A stretch of 28,999 nt of DNA, from the IMG/VR virus record IMGVR_UViG_3300020042_006211, positions 1-28,999 of that record; one strand, 5' to 3'. The DNA is from a virus. Lineage: Duplodnaviria > Caudoviricetes. The notes below the pieces were generated by a model. It made no database searches. It was not told the origin of the DNA and worked only from the letters and a program-made list of their open reading frames with translations. The position numbers and the translations under genes are program-made. This document shows positions 25,842-28,999 of this stretch, piece by piece; positions within the stretch are counted from its first letter, which is position 1; each line of letters begins with the position of its first letter.

Positions 25842-26063
25842 ATGACTACGCCTAACGCATCGACATTTATTGCCAGCAAGTTCGTTGCTCGCAGCAAATA
25901 CGAGCAGGTTTTTGCCGACCGTGACGCATTATCCGAGCAACTGATAGAAGCCATGAAGGCGCTTGCTGAGTGCGTGGAGCGGCGCAACTCCGCCGAGGGG
26001 ATGCTGAAGAAACTCAAATTCCAACGCGAGGCAAATGGCATTTGGACAAATTCCAGACTATGA
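25842..26063 (+). CDS. Hypothetical coiled-coil protein (73 aa)
   Basis: ATG after the putative promoter (MTTPNAST...); coupled to the next gene. Confidence 0.55.
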   Translation: MTTPNASTFIASKFVARSKYEQVFADRDALSEQLIEAMKALAECVERRNSAEGMLKKLKFQREANGIWTNSRL

Positions 26064-26281
26064 AAAAACCAGAACCATACGGCGACACCGCGGAGCAAAA
26101 GAGATCCGCTGACCTTAGATTCCAGCGATACCAAGAGCGCATTGAAACCGAGAGCGCTTTTTTCCGAGCCAAGGTTCTAACCCTGGCGCTTCTAACCTTC
26201 ATGGCAACCCTAGCATGGTCGCTGGCAAGCACCGAAAACGGACAACAGGTTTGCCGAATTATCTCGGAGATATTCCGATGA
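26060..26281 (+). CDS. Hypothetical single-TM protein (73 aa)
   Basis: MKKPEPY... with TM segment VLTLALLTFMATLAWSLA; ATGA overlaps. Confidence 0.6.
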   Translation: MKKPEPYGDTAEQKRSADLRFQRYQERIETESAFFRAKVLTLALLTFMATLAWSLASTENGQQVCRIISEIFR

Positions 26282-26577
26282 ACACTTTGCGCGCAACGTA
26301 TAACCCGTTGGAACCCCAAGCCTGTGGAGTGCAGGATAAAGGCTCGACTCATCAGGCAATTAAGTCGGATGGCCGCGCACCCCAACCCGATAACACTCTG
26401 CTAAGACAGTTCTGCGACTGCGGAAACAAGGTGGCGATCAAGCGCGGAAACAGTATGATCTGTCAGCGGTGCGCTGACATAGACGGAAAGGCGCAACCTT
26501 TGGTGGCAGGTAAGAGGCGCTTCTGGGGAGCGCCGAGCCAGCGGGAATACTCGGTCAGGCTAGGAGGTTGGAAATGA
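26278..26577 (+). CDS. Small Zn-ribbon protein (99 aa)
   Basis: CDCG...ICQRC motif; ATGA overlaps. Confidence 0.55.
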   Translation: MNTLRATYNPLEPQACGVQDKGSTHQAIKSDGRAPQPDNTLLRQFCDCGNKVAIKRGNSMICQRCADIDGKAQPLVAGKRRFWGAPSQREYSVRLGGWK

Positions 26578-26774
26578 CTGCGTGGGAAAGGGCTATGGCG
26601 GCGATGAGCGAGGACGAAGACATGCGCTCTGGAGAGGTTGCTCGCATAGAGCAAGCAGACGCCGAGGGCTACCGTTACCTTGGCCCGCTCAATCCGCTCA
26701 AGCACATGCTGCCAGACGTAACGAGGTCCGAACAGATCGCGGCAAACAAAGTCAGGCAGGAGGCAGGGAGATGA
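26574..26774 (+). CDS. Hypothetical protein (66 aa)
   Basis: ATGA-coupled start with AGGAGG upstream. Confidence 0.55.
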   Translation: MTAWERAMAAMSEDEDMRSGEVARIEQADAEGYRYLGPLNPLKHMLPDVTRSEQIAANKVRQEAGR

Positions 26775-27010
26775 GCGCATCCCTACCATCTGAAGAGCTA
26801 CCACGCCGCCTCGACCGCGAGGTAGCGGAAGAACTACGCGCACGGCTCGAAATGGATATTGCTGACATGGTAGCTGAGATGCGCCGAATGCGGGAAGACG
26901 AACTACCAATGCCGCTGACTGGCGTGGTCAATATACCGATTGGACCACTAGACGATTTCTGGCAGGAAGAACCTGCAACCGCATCCGGGCAGACCGATGG
27001 CAACAACTAG
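26771..27010 (+). CDS. Hypothetical acidic protein (79 aa)
   Basis: ATGA-coupled start MSASLPSEEL. Confidence 0.55.
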   Translation: MSASLPSEELPRRLDREVAEELRARLEMDIADMVAEMRRMREDELPMPLTGVVNIPIGPLDDFWQEEPATASGQTDGNN

Positions 27011-27022
27011 ATCAAAGCAATT

Positions 27023-27265
27023 ATGGCATACGAAATGAAAGAAAACAGCGGCTCGATGTTCGTGAATACGAAGAAAGAGAAAGACACGCATCCCGACAGG
27101 AACGGAACCGCGCTTATCGGCGGTGTCGAATATTACGTTTCTGGATGGATCAAAGAAACCAAGTCAGGTGACAAGTGGCTGTCGCTTGCGTTCAAACCCA
27201 AGGAGCAAGCACTTAGCAAGCCGCCGTCCTTTAGCAAGGATGACGAGGACCAAATTCCCTTCTGA
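27023..27265 (+). CDS. Small ssDNA-binding-like protein (DUF736-like) with SSB-type acidic tail
   Basis: G.MF.N..K..DTHPD..G, SGW.K..K.G.K.LSL pattern and C-terminal DDEDQIPF; adjacent to ERF. Confidence 0.7.
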   Translation: MAYEMKENSGSMFVNTKKEKDTHPDRNGTALIGGVEYYVSGWIKETKSGDKWLSLAFKPKEQALSKPPSFSKDDEDQIPF

Positions 27266-27741
27266 TGCAGCGATCCGAATCAATCGCCGCTCTTGCTGCT
27301 GCGCTTTCCAAGGCACAAGCAGCAATGGGTGCAGCTAAGAAAGACAGCACCAACCCGCACTTCAAGTCACGTTATGCAGACCTAGCTTCTATTTGGGACG
27401 CATGCCGCGAGCCGCTGACGAAAAACGGACTGGCCATCGTGCAACTGCCAGGAAAAGATGAGGCAGGCTACTACGTAGAGACTTTGCTGACTCATGCTAG
27501 CGGTGAGTTCATCGGCGAGAAGCTGCACATCGTCCCGACCAAGGACGATCCGCAGGGACTCGGCAGTGCAATCACCTACGCTCGACGCTACGGCCTTTCG
27601 GCTGTCGCTGGTATCGCACCAGATGACGATGATGCCGAGGCAGCTATGGGTCGCACTGACGTTCGCCGTGAGCAGTCAGCAAGAGCGGTCGTGCAAGGCA
27701 AGCCACAGCCAATCGGAAAGTCTTCACAGGAAGACTTCTAA
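27265..27741 (+). CDS. erf: ERF-family ssDNA annealing protein
   Basis: KDSTNPHFKSRYADL, L...GL...Q, T.L.H.SGE and PQGLGSAITYARRYGL..DDDA motifs. Confidence 0.92.
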   Translation: MQRSESIAALAAALSKAQAAMGAAKKDSTNPHFKSRYADLASIWDACREPLTKNGLAIVQLPGKDEAGYYVETLLTHASGEFIGEKLHIVPTKDDPQGLGSAITYARRYGLSAVAGIAPDDDDAEAAMGRTDVRREQSARAVVQGKPQPIGKSSQEDF

Positions 27742-27758
27742 CCCAAACCAACTCCGAC

Positions 27759-27787
27759 GCCGAGCGGAAGAATCTCGGCACTTTTTT
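27759..27787 (+). terminator. Probable Rho-independent terminator after erf
   Basis: GCCGAG-9 nt-CTCGGC-AC-TTTTTT. Confidence 0.6.
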
Positions 27788-27790
27788 CCA

Positions 27791-28159
27791 ATGACCGAAA
27801 TGACAGACGCAATGCGGAGATGTATGCACCGCGAGCCAACCCTTAGAAAACCCAATGCTAACCATAACACTAACGATACCGGGAAAACTCCCATCCCTCA
27901 ACGCACTGCTGGCAATGCAGCACTGGTCGAGGCACAAGTTCAAAGCGGAACTGGCGACCGTATTCTCATCCGCATTGAGAGCGTCAGAAAACGACTCCTG
28001 GATGAGGACAACCTTGTTTCCAAATATCACACAGACCTTTGCCGATACTCTGGACTCATACCTTCGGACGCGCCGGGAATCTGCAAAATTGAAACAAGCC
28101 AACGCAAAGCCGAGAAAGGCGAAGAGGAGAGGACGGAGATAACCATTACCTACCCGTGA
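27791..28159 (+). CDS. RusA-like Holliday junction resolvase, catalytic (C-terminal-half) motifs (122 aa)
   Basis: ILIRIESVRKRLLDEDNL..K...D......GLIPSD...Q.K....E.TEITI matches the RusA-like D.DN..K...D...G...D pattern. Confidence 0.6.
   Translation: MTEMTDAMRRCMHREPTLRKPNANHNTNDTGKTPIPQRTAGNAALVEAQVQSGTGDRILIRIESVRKRLLDEDNLVSKYHTDLCRYSGLIPSDAPGICKIETSQRKAEKGEEERTEITITYP
27855..28142 (+). CDS. Nested overlapping ORF (95 aa) with RusA-like N-terminal motifs and a basic tail
   Basis: MLTITLTIPGKLPSLN....HWSRHKFK resembles the N-terminal strand and helix of phage RusA-like proteins. Confidence 0.5.
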   Translation: MLTITLTIPGKLPSLNALLAMQHWSRHKFKAELATVFSSALRASENDSWMRTTLFPNITQTFADTLDSYLRTRRESAKLKQANAKPRKAKRRGRR

Positions 28160-28197
28160 AAACCATTACAAATTAACAAGCCAACAAGGAAACAGTT

Positions 28198-28371
28198 ATG
28201 ACCGAAGACAACGAAAGATACTGGGCAGACCAAGCAGAGAAAACCAGAGGCGAGGCCGAGCCAAAGCGGAGGGTGTATCGCTGCCGCGACCGGATGTGCG
28301 GAGGAGAGGACTGTGCTACTTGCTACGGCGAGCAGGCAGCAAGTGATTTTGTAAACCAAGAAGAACAATGA
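28198..28371 (+). CDS. Small Cys-cluster protein (57 aa); absent from the ORF track
   Basis: AAGGA upstream; CRDRMCGGEDCATC motif; ATGA overlap with the next gene. Confidence 0.6.
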   Translation: MTEDNERYWADQAEKTRGEAEPKRRVYRCRDRMCGGEDCATCYGEQAASDFVNQEEQ

Positions 28372-28517
28372 GCGAAGAACTACAAGAGCGCGCCGAAGCA
28401 CTCCGTCGCATGGTTGAGACGCGCGACCTGCTTATCAAAGACTTGGAGCGCGAAATCCGCGAACTGAATGCGATGCTGCATGGCACATGCAAAGAACAAG
28501 AATTGATCCCTGTATGA
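28368..28517 (+). CDS. Small coiled-coil protein (49 aa); absent from the ORF track
   Basis: MSEELQERAEALRRMVETRDLLIKDLEREIRELNAML...; ATGA overlaps on both sides. Confidence 0.55.
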   Translation: MSEELQERAEALRRMVETRDLLIKDLEREIRELNAMLHGTCKEQELIPV

Positions 28518-28825
28518 AAACACCAGAACAACTATACGCTCACCAAGCATCACTCCCACCGCTTCGCAGTTACTTCATCGTCTGGGAACGGCCTCATGGC
28601 TCCTACACTTGGACGCAGATTGGCGACATGTTCACCGAGCGATTCGACGCTAACGAGTTTGCAAGGAACCGAGTTGATCACAAGGAGCGACCGATCTGCG
28701 ATTGCGTAGTTAGTGAATGTAATATGCAGCGGATGCCGACGCCCGAGGGCAGCGAGCCAGTGGCGTTCCTGGCAAAGTTTGAGGAAATTGATCAGCTTTA
28801 TTTTGGAAAGGGTCATGCCCGGTGA
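28514..28825 (+). CDS. Hypothetical protein (103 aa)
   Basis: ATGA-coupled start MKTPEQLY. Confidence 0.6.
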   Translation: MKTPEQLYAHQASLPPLRSYFIVWERPHGSYTWTQIGDMFTERFDANEFARNRVDHKERPICDCVVSECNMQRMPTPEGSEPVAFLAKFEEIDQLYFGKGHAR

Positions 28826-28999
28826 AAATCTACAAGAACACACACAAGGGCGCGCCGCTCATGGATGCCATTGACGAATACGCCTCAGCTTACGAAGCGC
28901 GCAACTCAGCTTCTCGGATTGACCTATGGCGAAGGGTTAAGGTGCATATGGTCGGCAGGTTAAGCATCCAAGAAAAGTATGTGACCGACAAAGACCTAG
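28822..28999 (+). CDS. Partial hypothetical protein running off the window
   Basis: GTGA overlap; the frame stays open to the end of the window. Confidence 0.45.
   Translation, partial: MKIYKNTHKGAPLMDAIDEYASAYEARNSASRIDLWRRVKVHMVGRLSIQEKYVTDKDL

Noticed and set aside
27494-27790. N-terminal extension of the 221-aa ORF
   Set aside because: Overlaps erf and crosses a terminator; the ATG at 27791 (or 27800) is more plausible.

Overview
This window is a 29-kb segment of a tailed dsDNA bacteriophage, probably podovirus-like, with essentially all genes on the + strand and many joined by ATGA/GTGA stop-start overlaps. From left to right the late region holds: three probable internal-virion/ejection proteins (one of 2495 aa), terminase large subunit, a Cys-rich protein, portal, a small head protein and a scaffold-like protein. 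Next come a 7-gene glycan synthesis/modification cassette, the major capsid protein with a promoter and structured leader, a terminator, a tail-fibre-like protein, and a lysis cassette (membrane proteins, a small lipoprotein, CHAP endolysin). A structured intergenic boundary at about 25.65-25.84 kb precedes an early/recombination module (small ORFs, SSB-like protein, ERF annealing protein, RusA-like overlapping ORFs). The lipoprotein suggests a diderm host, and the mostly SD-less A/T-rich starts suggest a Verrucomicrobiota- or Bacteroidota-like host (inference). Main highlights: (1) a candidate virion-glycosylation pathway inserted between scaffold and capsid genes; (2) an initiator-tRNA-like cloverleaf embedded in-frame in the first glycosyltransferase gene; (3) a RusA-like resolvase whose two halves appear in two overlapping reading frames; (4) a shared palindromic promoter motif before portal and capsid; (5) two structured intergenic RNA candidates. 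All product calls come from motif recognition by eye, not from database searches.
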